Part shown: positions 9,697 to 18,232 of the stretch, piece after piece
How positions within the stretch are numbered: position 1 is the stretch's first letter
Layout: every line of letters starts with the position of its first letter
Sequence record: NC_042056.1
Reading direction: 5' to 3' (one strand)
DNA length: 64,000 bases
Notes under the pieces: model-generated
Seen by the model: only the letters and a program-made list of their open reading frames with translations
Told to the model about the DNA's origin: nothing
Databases searched by the model: none
Made by a program: the position numbers and the translations under genes

Positions 9697-10599
9697 ATGG
9701 GAATCACGATTAACTGGGATGACCAGACCGACCAAGCGTTAGATGCCATCGAGGTGTATCGTTCAACATCACCGATTGACATTAACAATCCTGGTACCCC
9801 GATTGCGACACTGGCAGGAACCGCCCGCTCGTACGAAGATACTGCGGTGAAAGTGGGGAACACGTATTACTACTGTGTGGCGGTAAAGAAGGGAGGGAAC
9901 CGTTCTTTCGGTGCGGTGCAGACCCAAGGCTATTATGCTAACTTAGGTCCTGGACCACAGCGGTTGTTACGCGGAGATTGGGTACGCGGCTACTTCGGTG
10001 AAATGTCTCCAGCTGACTGGGTGACCCCGGCGGATGTGGCTAACAAAATCAAGGATGCGCTCAAGTCCACCACGGGGATCACTTTCACAACCAGCACCGG
10101 CTCTATCTGGTTCAAGTTTATCTATAAAGGGAAGATTCTCTTTATTCCGAACCTGAACCTGTTGAACAGCAGCAACTGGACAACCGGCTACAATGCTGGG
10201 TTTATTTTCGGCACTGACGATTTTGGAAACTCACCAACGGGTGTCCCCGGTGCCGTTAACCAACGTTGTGTGATTGAAATCGCTGGGCTTCAGTACATCG
10301 CTCGTGCGATTCGTCTGTCAGAAAAACCGACTACCCAATACCTGACCGACCAGCTGGACTTTAATGACAGCGAATGGAAGTCTACCTATGCACGACTGCG
10401 GGCCGACGGGTTAGCCATTACCGACCCAACAGTACAACCGCGAGTGAATGACTTGAGCAGTCTTAACAGCACAGGCAGCGCGCATATGGCCGACGCTAAC
10501 AACAGCGCCGCGGTTATTAGCAGCGCTCCTGAAACCTTGGGCAAAACCCCGAAAACTTCGGGTATTGGCTGGATGGTTGTACTCGAACTGTTGCAATAA
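9697..10599 (+). CDS. Virion structural protein, module 3 C subunit
   Basis: MGITINWDDQ, paralog of 2884 and 6259. Confidence 0.7.
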   Translation: MGITINWDDQTDQALDAIEVYRSTSPIDINNPGTPIATLAGTARSYEDTAVKVGNTYYYCVAVKKGGNRSFGAVQTQGYYANLGPGPQRLLRGDWVRGYFGEMSPADWVTPADVANKIKDALKSTTGITFTTSTGSIWFKFIYKGKILFIPNLNLLNSSNWTTGYNAGFIFGTDDFGNSPTGVPGAVNQRCVIEIAGLQYIARAIRLSEKPTTQYLTDQLDFNDSEWKSTYARLRADGLAITDPTVQPRVNDLSSLNSTGSAHMADANNSAAVISSAPETLGKTPKTSGIGWMVVLELLQ

Positions 10600-10642
10600 A
10601 AAAAGATAACCTCTATACCCCGAAGGGTATAGAGGTCTTTTC
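10598..10642. terminator. Bidirectional intrinsic terminator
   Basis: A-run, ACCTCTATACCC-CGAA-GGGTATAGAGGT, T-run, between convergent genes. Confidence 0.85.
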
Positions 10643-11096
10643 ATTTCTCGTCAGGGCTCGTGGCACACTGCAAGAACGTCATACCCTCGCCGTTACCGGT
10701 AGTCGGGTCAACCGTAGAGTACGAGTAGGTTGCGTTCTTACCTTGGCTGCCGTGTAAGCGGTAATAGCGGGTGCCGGTAAACAGATCAACGCTACCGTCA
10801 ATTTTACCGAGCAAGTCTTTATACAGTTGCGGCGTTTGAACATCACCGCCCGGATAACTGGCGTGCCATGTGGCCCCGTTGTCGACCACGGTAACAGAGA
10901 AGGGCATCAATTCAAGCTTACCGAGTTGCGGTTGATACTTGACAAAAGTCTCTTTTGCAGCGCTACACTGATAGACCGTGAACTCGGTCGCTGCAACTGG
11001 AATGGTGCCAAATTGGTCCGTTGTGTTCGGTGCCATTGCACAGCCCGCGGCCAACATAATCAGCGCGACGAATAACATTTGAAGTTTACGCATCAT
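10641..11096 (-). CDS. Lipoprotein of unknown function (possibly MliC/PliC-like)
   Basis: MMRKLQMLFVALIMLAAG-C signal peptide with lipobox; two further Cys near the domain ends; start moved from the track start 11153. Confidence 0.65.
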   Translation of the reverse strand: MMRKLQMLFVALIMLAAGCAMAPNTTDQFGTIPVAATEFTVYQCSAAKETFVKYQPQLGKLELMPFSVTVVDNGATWHASYPGGDVQTPQLYKDLLGKIDGSVDLFTGTRYYRLHGSQGKNATYSYSTVDPTTGNGEGMTFLQCATSPDEK

Positions 11097-11221
11097 TTCC
11101 CTACCTTTCACAGTTTCGATTTTATTAGTGACAAACGTCATATAACAAGCCATGTCTGTAAGAAAGCGCGACCCTGCGCTATTTTCTATGTACCACCTGT
11201 TAACACTAAGAGGAATACCCG

Positions 11222-11758
11222 ATGGCCATCATCACTCCACAGGCGCAACTGGTTGCCCTGTTCAATGCGAAAAACGCAAGTCTGCCACAAGCGCTGGTTG
11301 TTGCTGACGTCACCTTCGGTGCCGTTGATGTCTACACACCGGGCGACGGTGGCGATACCCGCAACACCAAACTGACCATCACCGCAGTGGCCGACAACGC
11401 CCACTTCACCGGTGAGAAAGAACTGCACTACACCCGTCTGAGTTCAGGCATCGTCGGTCCGAAAGCGGTTACCGCGGATCTGGCAGACTGGGATACCGAC
11501 GCGGAAGTGCTGGCCATCCTGAATGCGGACGTTATTGCTGCGGGTAAAACCGAAGATGCGTTTGCACTGGCTGACCTGACCATTACGCGCGAAGGTACCG
11601 GTACCAACGAAGACCCGATGGTAATTGACGTGTCCATTAATGCGGGCCACATCAAGTACCTGCCGGGGCAGGTTGCCACGTATACCGTGACTGAAGAAAT
11701 TCAGAAAACGGATCTGAGCACCACCGATGGTGAGCTGGATGGTTTTACCGTCGCGTAA
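11222..11758 (+). CDS. Putative virion structural protein (RNT-domain family)
   Basis: GAGG SD; TRNTKLT..FTGEKELHYTR resembles the L-subunit N-domain; ends DGELDGFTVA. Confidence 0.65.
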   Translation: MAIITPQAQLVALFNAKNASLPQALVVADVTFGAVDVYTPGDGGDTRNTKLTITAVADNAHFTGEKELHYTRLSSGIVGPKAVTADLADWDTDAEVLAILNADVIAAGKTEDAFALADLTITREGTGTNEDPMVIDVSINAGHIKYLPGQVATYTVTEEIQKTDLSTTDGELDGFTVA

Positions 11759-11783
11759 CGCCCTGACTATGGTTAGGTAATAT

Positions 11784-11812
11784 AGGGAGCTTCGGCTCCC
11801 TCTTTTATTTTT
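11784..11812 (+). terminator. Intrinsic terminator
   Basis: AGGGAGC-TTCG-GCTCCCT followed by a T-rich tail. Confidence 0.85.
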
Positions 11813-11829
11813 TTCTTCAAGGAGTGCAC

Positions 11830-12330
11830 ATGGCGAAGACATTGCAAGAAGAGTTCATTGATTTAGTGAACACCAAAAACGCAGGATTAGGTTTAACGTT
11901 AGCGGACGTGGATTTCAGCGACCCGAGCGATTATGTCCCCGGCGCGGAAGGTGGTACGCGTAACAGCGTACTGACGTTAACAGCAAAAGCAAGCAGCGCG
12001 ACCTTTAAAGGAAGCAAAGATTATCACTTTAACCGCTTTAACCTTACCCATCCAAATGGGGAAGATGTGGTGTCTGTGATGATAAGCGACCTAGACTTGT
12101 ACTGGCAAGAGGACGATTATGCACTGGCGCAGTTTAACAAAGCCTTGCCTAACCATCCCGTTACCCTGTCAGAGGTCACCATCACCCGTAGTACGGTGGA
12201 AGGACACCTGCGTGTGAAGTTGAAAATCGTTCCAACCCATTTGAAATGGCAAGGTGCGTACGTATTCGAAATCTACGACGGTAAAACGTTACTGGATAGC
12301 CGAGACGGCGAGTTAGACGGTTTCAATTAA
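11830..12330 (+). CDS. Putative virion structural protein, paralog of 11222
   Basis: GGAG SD before ATG 11830; TRNSVLT..FKGSKDYHFNR; ends DGELDGFN. Confidence 0.65.
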   Translation: MAKTLQEEFIDLVNTKNAGLGLTLADVDFSDPSDYVPGAEGGTRNSVLTLTAKASSATFKGSKDYHFNRFNLTHPNGEDVVSVMISDLDLYWQEDDYALAQFNKALPNHPVTLSEVTITRSTVEGHLRVKLKIVPTHLKWQGAYVFEIYDGKTLLDSRDGELDGFN

Positions 12331-12376
12331 TAAAAAGGTGTACCGCTACCCTTCGGGGTAGCGGTATCCTTATTTT
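12329..12376. terminator. Bidirectional intrinsic terminator
   Basis: TACCGCTACCC-TTCG-GGGTAGCGGTA flanked by A- and T-rich runs between convergent genes. Confidence 0.85.
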
Positions 12377-12396
12377 AAACGGCCTGTACGGCCTTC

Positions 12397-13107
12397 TCAG
12401 GCGTTTAACAGTGGAATCTGCGTAATCGGTTGACTTAACGGCTGCGGTTCCCAAGTGACCGTTACAGCGTTAAATGCACGCTTGATATTCTGGTAACGTA
12501 CATTGACACACACCGAATGCTTCACATCCCAACGTTCATGCTCAGGAATCGCGTTTTCAATCTGTTCACGGAAGAACAGATAGTTGCGATTATAGTTCAG
12601 CGTGACATCCGAGATTGACGGGTAGCTGTACTGATGCGGGTTATCGTTCTTATCGGCATACGACGGCCAGCCGAAGTTCTTCACCGCTTCGTAAAACGAG
12701 TTGGCGAGGAATAGTTCGACCTTCATCATTTCCATAATCCGCAAGAACATCAAATCCGCAAACGGCTTGTCCGTTGCCCGTGACAGATTGCCCGACGGAG
12801 TATCCGGGTAGGGTGCTGGGGACGGGGCTTTCTGATACAGCAGGTCGTGGATACAGGCAGCTGCCGCCCAAGGGCCATCAGGGTGCAGAATCGGCTGTAA
12901 GGCAGCTGGGATACTCGCCAAGTCCGTGACGAAGCCCGCGGGGGCGGTGACATACATCAGCGTGTCAGGATGAATACCAGAACGGTACACCATGTCATCC
13001 AAGCCCGGATGATCACGGTACAATGCCCTCAGCGTAAACGGTACCCGGAAGTCGTCTGTCAGAATGAACCACTGCTTATCTAACACTTTATACTTCAACT
13101 CGTTCAT
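12397..13107 (-). CDS. DUF1353-like protein
   Basis: APAGFVTDLASIP..W.AAACIHDLLY..AD..F pattern typical of DUF1353. Confidence 0.7.
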   Translation of the reverse strand: MNELKYKVLDKQWFILTDDFRVPFTLRALYRDHPGLDDMVYRSGIHPDTLMYVTAPAGFVTDLASIPAALQPILHPDGPWAAAACIHDLLYQKAPSPAPYPDTPSGNLSRATDKPFADLMFLRIMEMMKVELFLANSFYEAVKNFGWPSYADKNDNPHQYSYPSISDVTLNYNRNYLFFREQIENAIPEHERWDVKHSVCVNVRYQNIKRAFNAVTVTWEPQPLSQPITQIPLLNA

Positions 13108-13220
13108 GAAAGTGCCACCTTAACCATACTGAGCACCACCATGCCTATAATCGACCCCCACAGCACATACGCAGGTGGATCATCCTCGGTAAAGAATTTT
13201 GTCGGTACAGAATTGTTCAT
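13104..13220 (-). CDS. 38-aa single-pass membrane micro-protein (not in ORF track)
   Basis: MNNSVPTKFFTEDDPPAYVLWGSIIGMVVLSMVKVALS*; AAGGG SD; TGA overlaps the next ATG (ATGA). Confidence 0.55.
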   Translation of the reverse strand: MNNSVPTKFFTEDDPPAYVLWGSIIGMVVLSMVKVALS

Positions 13221-13239
13221 GGTGATGCCCTTATGGTTA

Positions 13240-13839
13240 TTATTTAGAACATACCCCTACCTTGATAGCGTAGTCGCCCATTTCACGGTAGACACGGTCA
13301 TACCAACCGTAAGTGAACTCTTCGTTCTGTACACGCTTCTCGGAAATCTCGGTGTAGTAAGACACCTGATGGGAAGTGAGCGCGAACATCAAACGGTTGA
13401 AGCCATCCAGACCACGGGCTTTCAGGAAACCTTCCAGCGCAGTCATGGTAGCCGGGCCGATACCGCCGTCGGCAGAGATGTCGGCATACAGTTTACCCTG
13501 ACGGTTCAACACGTTCAGAATACGCTGAAGCGATTTGATGCAGTTTGCACGACCGGCGTTAATGCCGAAGTCGAACATACGGTCAGCCAAGAGCGGATTC
13601 CATGCGAGAATACGGTCAAGGCGCATACGGTCCCACCACCCTTTCTTGTAGATGTCGAGTGCCATCTGACGGGTCAGGTTACGCATGTCACCGGTGTAGC
13701 CGTTTTCGCGCGCAGTGGCTTGTGTGATGCCGAAGTTGGTTGGGCCACCCAAGTCGTTCGGGTTGTTAACATAACCGGCTTCAATGTTAACTTTGGCCGC
13801 AATGATACCTTCCATACTCCAACGGTCTACAGTTGTCAT
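13240..13839 (-). CDS. Glycoside hydrolase family 108 lysozyme with peptidoglycan-binding domain
   Basis: EAGYVNNPNDLGGPTNFGIT motif, FDFGINAG, ADGGIGPAT, FTYGW; GAGG SD before ATG 13839. Confidence 0.9.
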   Translation of the reverse strand: MTTVDRWSMEGIIAAKVNIEAGYVNNPNDLGGPTNFGITQATARENGYTGDMRNLTRQMALDIYKKGWWDRMRLDRILAWNPLLADRMFDFGINAGRANCIKSLQRILNVLNRQGKLYADISADGGIGPATMTALEGFLKARGLDGFNRLMFALTSHQVSYYTEISEKRVQNEEFTYGWYDRVYREMGDYAIKVGVCSK

Positions 13840-13880
13840 AACATTTCCTCTAATAAAGAACAACAGTCATAACAACCGTA

Positions 13881-13920
13881 AGAAAAAAAAGAAAAGCGAC
13901 CCACCCCCGAAGGAGTGGGT
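13881..13920 (-). terminator. Intrinsic terminator closing the radical SAM operon
   Basis: Minus strand ACCCACTCC-TTCG-GGGGTGGGT followed by a long T-run. Confidence 0.8.
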
Positions 13921-13925
13921 ACGAC

Positions 13926-14582
13926 TTAGGCTACACCGTTATCCGCAGCAAGCTGCTTAACTGCGGTGAAGTCTTTTTGTTCCGTGAGGATACGGATGCG
14001 TTGTTTCAACACAGACATGACCATGTGCAGGTCATTGTCACGCGTGATGATTTCCGCATAGAGGGCTTTAACGTCCTCCACCGTCCACGGCTCGATAGGC
14101 TCGTTGTTCAGCGTCATCCAGTACATCGGGTCAACCCCGGACTGCATGTAGCTTTGCATCGATTCGCGCGACTTCTCGTCAGCTTGGAACGTCTTGTCAC
14201 GGAAGGTAATGGGTGCAAACCGTTCCGCGTTATACTTGTCGTTCAGTTTCGGATAAATCGCATTGACTTCCTGATAGAGGTAGTTCTCCGTCGAGGTCAG
14301 CGCGGTACGTACGTGGTCTAAATCAATCTCCAGCACGTCAGCAATAAACTCTTTGGTTTTCTTCATCAGGAATTCAATTTCAACCGGTGACAGGTCAAAG
14401 CCTTTGAGTTTCTCGCGGGCTTTCTTGTCACTCATACCGTTAATCAGATGGTAGTGCAGTAGCAGGCAGAACCCGATACGGTTTTCCATCTGGTCTTGGT
14501 ATTCTTCCACGTAGTTACCGTAGCGGTCGATACGCGTGCCCCGTTCGAAATAACGGGCTTTTATTTCGTCGTTACTAAGCAT
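13926..14582 (-). CDS. Protein with C-terminal DUF4376-like (tail fibre-associated) domain
   Basis: ITFRDKTFQADEKSRESM..WMTLNNE..V.ALY..K.RI pattern in the C-terminal half. Confidence 0.55.
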   Translation of the reverse strand: MLSNDEIKARYFERGTRIDRYGNYVEEYQDQMENRIGFCLLLHYHLINGMSDKKAREKLKGFDLSPVEIEFLMKKTKEFIADVLEIDLDHVRTALTSTENYLYQEVNAIYPKLNDKYNAERFAPITFRDKTFQADEKSRESMQSYMQSGVDPMYWMTLNNEPIEPWTVEDVKALYAEIITRDNDLHMVMSVLKQRIRILTEQKDFTAVKQLAADNGVA

Positions 14583-15118
14583 CCGGATTCTCCTGCAATC
14601 CCAAGGTCAACCAGCAGACCGAAGTCAATGAACTGGAAATCATTTTCCAACTCTTCGCCCCAGAGCAGTTTGGCCTCTTCTGCTTCATCACCCATCTCTT
14701 CCAGCGTCTTACGTGCCACTTCGAATTCGTGGTAGAACGCATCGGTCAGGTGTGTACCGCGTAATGCACGCACAGTCACACCAGGGAAGTTCAGGGCCAG
14801 TCCCACAACGTTGGTTGGGTCTGCATCACCGGTAGAACGGCGCAGTACCTGCAACTTGTGTTTTGGGAACGCCACCACACGTTTTTCGAAACCGGGATTA
14901 CGTTTCTCGATTTCGACAACGGACTGGTGATCGTCTTCCACGCCCTGTAAAGGCAGGATGACATTCAGGCCATAACGGTTCAACAGACGAATGGTGTCAT
15001 CGTTGAAATCTTCACCCGGCACGATCGCATGGATGTTGTACAGCTTGTGTTTGCGAATGAACGCATCGACAAGGTGAACGTTACGCCGAGTAAAATTGTG
15101 AATCAGCAATGACTTCAT
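14561..15118 (-). CDS. Hypothetical protein in the radical SAM operon
   Basis: 185-aa ORF overlapping both neighbours, with GGAG SD. Confidence 0.6.
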   Translation of the reverse strand: MKSLLIHNFTRRNVHLVDAFIRKHKLYNIHAIVPGEDFNDDTIRLLNRYGLNVILPLQGVEDDHQSVVEIEKRNPGFEKRVVAFPKHKLQVLRRSTGDADPTNVVGLALNFPGVTVRALRGTHLTDAFYHEFEVARKTLEEMGDEAEEAKLLWGEELENDFQFIDFGLLVDLGIAGESGCLVTTK

Positions 15119-16427
15119 TCGAGGCTCCGAGTTCTAATTTAAGTTTATCTGCTTTCATGCGGTCACGCACGCAGCTCGCACAGTAGCACATGGATTTATC
15201 GTGCAGGTCGGCGACATTCGTGGTACCGGTTTTCTGATACCAGTATTCGGACACCAACAATTTCGCGGTCGTCCAACCACACTGGCGTCGCTCAGCATGG
15301 TACTCTTTACGCGCTTCCAGCTCGCCGTCACCGTTCTCGTAAGAAGCAGCCGCACAGCTACCGCACGAGTGTTTCATCGGGCAGCCTAAGCAGGTAGACG
15401 GGTAGTTGGTGTACTGCGTCTGAATTTCGTTCAGTAGTTTGTGACCGTCAATGTTCACAATCTCACGCCCACGCAGTTCTGCTACCGCTGAACGGGTGGT
15501 TACGGTTGACATGAAGCGGTTACAGCCGTAAATCTTACGGTCGAAGCCAAGACAGGTCATGTGGGTCAGCGTACCGCAGTAAGGACGTACACGGTCTGGG
15601 TGCAGACGGGTTGCTTCATCGTCCAGCAACTTCTGACGCCAGTCCGGGTCCCATGTCGCCATGAAGTCCAGCCCATCAGGAATGATGTGGGTCAGGATGT
15701 TACGTGGTGACTTGTGGTAGCCGTTGTCGACCCAGTAATCGATAACGTCAATCATCTGGTTTGCGATACCCAGAGCCATATCACGCGACAGAATGTCTTC
15801 GTACGTGACGTTACCGGAGATGGTACCACCGCCCGTTTCTTTAATCAGGTGAATCATGCTCTCGCCGTAACGAGGCAGGGTCTCACCGGTAAAGGTGGCT
15901 TTGATACCGAGTTCTGCAATACCGACAGATTTCAGGTATTGGTAGCCGCGCATCGCCTGCTCGTACGAGCCTTCACGCGAAGTGGTGAAGATACGATAGC
16001 GGTCGTGTACTTCTGGCAGACCATCGATGGACACACCAATCGACAGACGGTCTTTCCAGCGTTCAATGATTTCTTTGCTGATAGGACGGTCGAACAAGGT
16101 GCCGTTGGTAGAAATAGAGAATACGTACTGGCGGTTGTCGCGCGCCGCTAACTCTTCGGCTGTCTCAAAGACGGCTTTCAGAATCTTCGGCTGCATAAAC
16201 GGCTCACCCCCGATGATGTCGATAATGATTTCGGCATCTTCGATGTGACGGTCGCGGTCAAAACACGCATGAATAAAATCGACAGCGTCATCCACTTTGT
16301 TGTTGCGCGGATACTTACGTTCGTAGCAATACGAACAGTCGAGATTACAAGACAGGTTAGTTACGACCTGATACGTGAGTGTGGGGCGCTGTTTACGCGT
16401 CTGCGATGAAGATCGTTCTTCACTCAT
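15081..16427 (-). CDS. Radical SAM/SPASM peptide maturase (CXXX-repeat target type)
   Basis: CNLDCSYC (CX3CX2C), GGEP, STNG, SIDG..HDRYR; SPASM-type Cys set YCG..C..GCNRF / CLGC..CGSC..C. Confidence 0.9.
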   Translation of the reverse strand: MSEERSSSQTRKQRPTLTYQVVTNLSCNLDCSYCYERKYPRNNKVDDAVDFIHACFDRDRHIEDAEIIIDIIGGEPFMQPKILKAVFETAEELAARDNRQYVFSISTNGTLFDRPISKEIIERWKDRLSIGVSIDGLPEVHDRYRIFTTSREGSYEQAMRGYQYLKSVGIAELGIKATFTGETLPRYGESMIHLIKETGGGTISGNVTYEDILSRDMALGIANQMIDVIDYWVDNGYHKSPRNILTHIIPDGLDFMATWDPDWRQKLLDDEATRLHPDRVRPYCGTLTHMTCLGFDRKIYGCNRFMSTVTTRSAVAELRGREIVNIDGHKLLNEIQTQYTNYPSTCLGCPMKHSCGSCAAASYENGDGELEARKEYHAERRQCGWTTAKLLVSEYWYQKTGTTNVADLHDKSMCYCASCVRDRMKADKLKLELGASNEVIADSQFYSA

Positions 16428-17317
16428 TTGATTACCTCATTGCGATGTTTGCGAGCGTGGATCGTGCGATTGATGTAACGGTAGGCTTCTTGCCCAATGA
16501 CTTTCGCCAGCATGTTACAACCGCTATCGATTTCCATCTCGACATCCATCGTGTAGCCGATAGACGCATCGGAGTCCAGACGAACCAGACCGCTGCACGC
16601 GTTGCACGACTGCTCAAAGAACTTGCTGATGGAGAACCCAGTTGAGCCATTGTTCATGACATTCAGGCGTTCAATCTGGTCTTCCATTTTGTTGTAGCCG
16701 AACATGAAGTTCATCACCAAATCTTGGTTCAGAGGTTTCTTCATGCGGTTGTCCAACAGCAGCGTCATGTCTTTGAAGCCGTAGTGGTGGAGTGCGCGGT
16801 GTAAGTCCAGCAGGTCAGTGTGCCAATATTTATCAGCCAACTGCTCACGAGTCACCACGGCCCACGTATGGACGTTGTTCAGCGCAGCCATCACTTCGAA
16901 GGCTTCGAATGCACCATCTTCAACGACACGCCAGAGCGGACGTTCGCTCTTTTTGTATCCATCGAACGACACACAGATACGGTTAAACTGTTGCAGCATC
17001 GGGAGATGTTCCAGACGCATTTTCAGACCGTTCGTGTACAGCTCGTGAGTGAGATGCGGGTATCGGGCTTTGACTTCGGCCAGCAATGGCTCAATCTTGC
17101 GGGTTGCCATTAACGGCTCACCACCCGTCCAGTTCATCCCTTGTAAAGTCGGGTACTTCTCCAGTTGTTCAAACAGCGCTTCACGCTGAATTTCCCGACC
17201 AACATCTTTTGTGTCCATGTAATACGCTCCGCCGCAGAAACTACAATCCAAATTACACTTGGACGTCGTCACTATCGACAGCTCGGTAGGGGGACGTATT
17301 TGTGGTGCATCGGTCAT
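16424..17317 (-). CDS. Second radical SAM protein (short, possible Twitch-like C-terminus)
   Basis: CNLDCSFC, TGGEPL, YTNG, SFDG; C-terminal CNAC..GC. Confidence 0.85.
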   Translation of the reverse strand: MTDAPQIRPPTELSIVTTSKCNLDCSFCGGAYYMDTKDVGREIQREALFEQLEKYPTLQGMNWTGGEPLMATRKIEPLLAEVKARYPHLTHELYTNGLKMRLEHLPMLQQFNRICVSFDGYKKSERPLWRVVEDGAFEAFEVMAALNNVHTWAVVTREQLADKYWHTDLLDLHRALHHYGFKDMTLLLDNRMKKPLNQDLVMNFMFGYNKMEDQIERLNVMNNGSTGFSISKFFEQSCNACSGLVRLDSDASIGYTMDVEMEIDSGCNMLAKVIGQEAYRYINRTIHARKHRNEVIK

Positions 17318-17335
17318 TGCAGATTGCTCCAGTTT

Positions 17336-18214
17336 TTAATAGATCGCGAAAAGGGGGTCGTCCTCAAACTTCGCGCCCACATCCAGAAGGAAATCGGAGT
17401 GGTAGGCATCGAGTATTTGATTCAGAACAGCCTGACGGTCGTTAATCCGTTTAAGATCATCGAGTGTCACGCTTCGCGACTTGATGTTTGAAACTGCCTT
17501 TTCTTCGTCAGCTGTTAAGGAAACCTTCGACAGAAGGAAACTTACCAGCTTGCTCAGGTCAGCCTCGGTACCCGGTGCTTCACCGTAACGCAATTGAACC
17601 AAGAACTGCATCCACGGTTTGCGGATACGGCGACTGATTTCATGTGGATCGGTAATCGCTTCGAACTGCCCATCTACCGCATTCCAGCGAAACTTGTAGC
17701 TATACGCCAGTAAGTCAGCCAGACAATGGATACCGAGCGTTTCATAACCTAAGATGTGATGGTATTTTTCCACACCTTTATATTCTTCCGTGCCGGTCGG
17801 TACTACGGTGTACCAGAACGGATTAGAAGACGGGTAGTCCCAGCTCCACTCGCGACGAACCATGGGAATGACGTCCAAATCCGCAAACGGCGTGAAGATC
17901 ATTTCCAAATCCATCGAGTGGTTCAGGACTGCATCAGTAAAGAAATACTTACCGTCAATCAGTCGGCCACTGGCGTTCAGCTCGCCTTCATTAAACTTCA
18001 CATGCTGAACAGTGTGCTTACCGATGGAGTAGGTATTCTCTTCGGTGTACTGCTTACGTGTAATATCCCGCCCACGTACCTTAGGCCATTCGCCTGGCAG
18101 CATCGAGATAAGGCGTACTTCGTCAGCGATGTGTGCTTTCACACTGTCGTACGACGAAATGTGTAACGGGAAATTTTGCGTCGTGCGGTACGCCAAATGG
18201 AGGTCGTTCTTCAT
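17336..18214 (-). CDS. Hypothetical protein between precursor peptides and radical SAM genes
   Basis: 292-aa ORF with AAGGA SD, co-oriented in the operon. Confidence 0.65.
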   Translation of the reverse strand: MKNDLHLAYRTTQNFPLHISSYDSVKAHIADEVRLISMLPGEWPKVRGRDITRKQYTEENTYSIGKHTVQHVKFNEGELNASGRLIDGKYFFTDAVLNHSMDLEMIFTPFADLDVIPMVRREWSWDYPSSNPFWYTVVPTGTEEYKGVEKYHHILGYETLGIHCLADLLAYSYKFRWNAVDGQFEAITDPHEISRRIRKPWMQFLVQLRYGEAPGTEADLSKLVSFLLSKVSLTADEEKAVSNIKSRSVTLDDLKRINDRQAVLNQILDAYHSDFLLDVGAKFEDDPLFAIY

Positions 18215-18232
18215 GGTTTCTTTATCCTTACT

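Noticed and set aside
493-10599. Diversity-generating retroelement behind the paralog variability
   Set aside because: No reverse transcriptase and no near-identical template/variable repeat pair was seen in this window.
13141-13872. 243-aa plus-strand ORF antisense to the GH108 lysozyme
   Set aside because: No motifs or SD; explained by codon bias of the real gene on the other strand.
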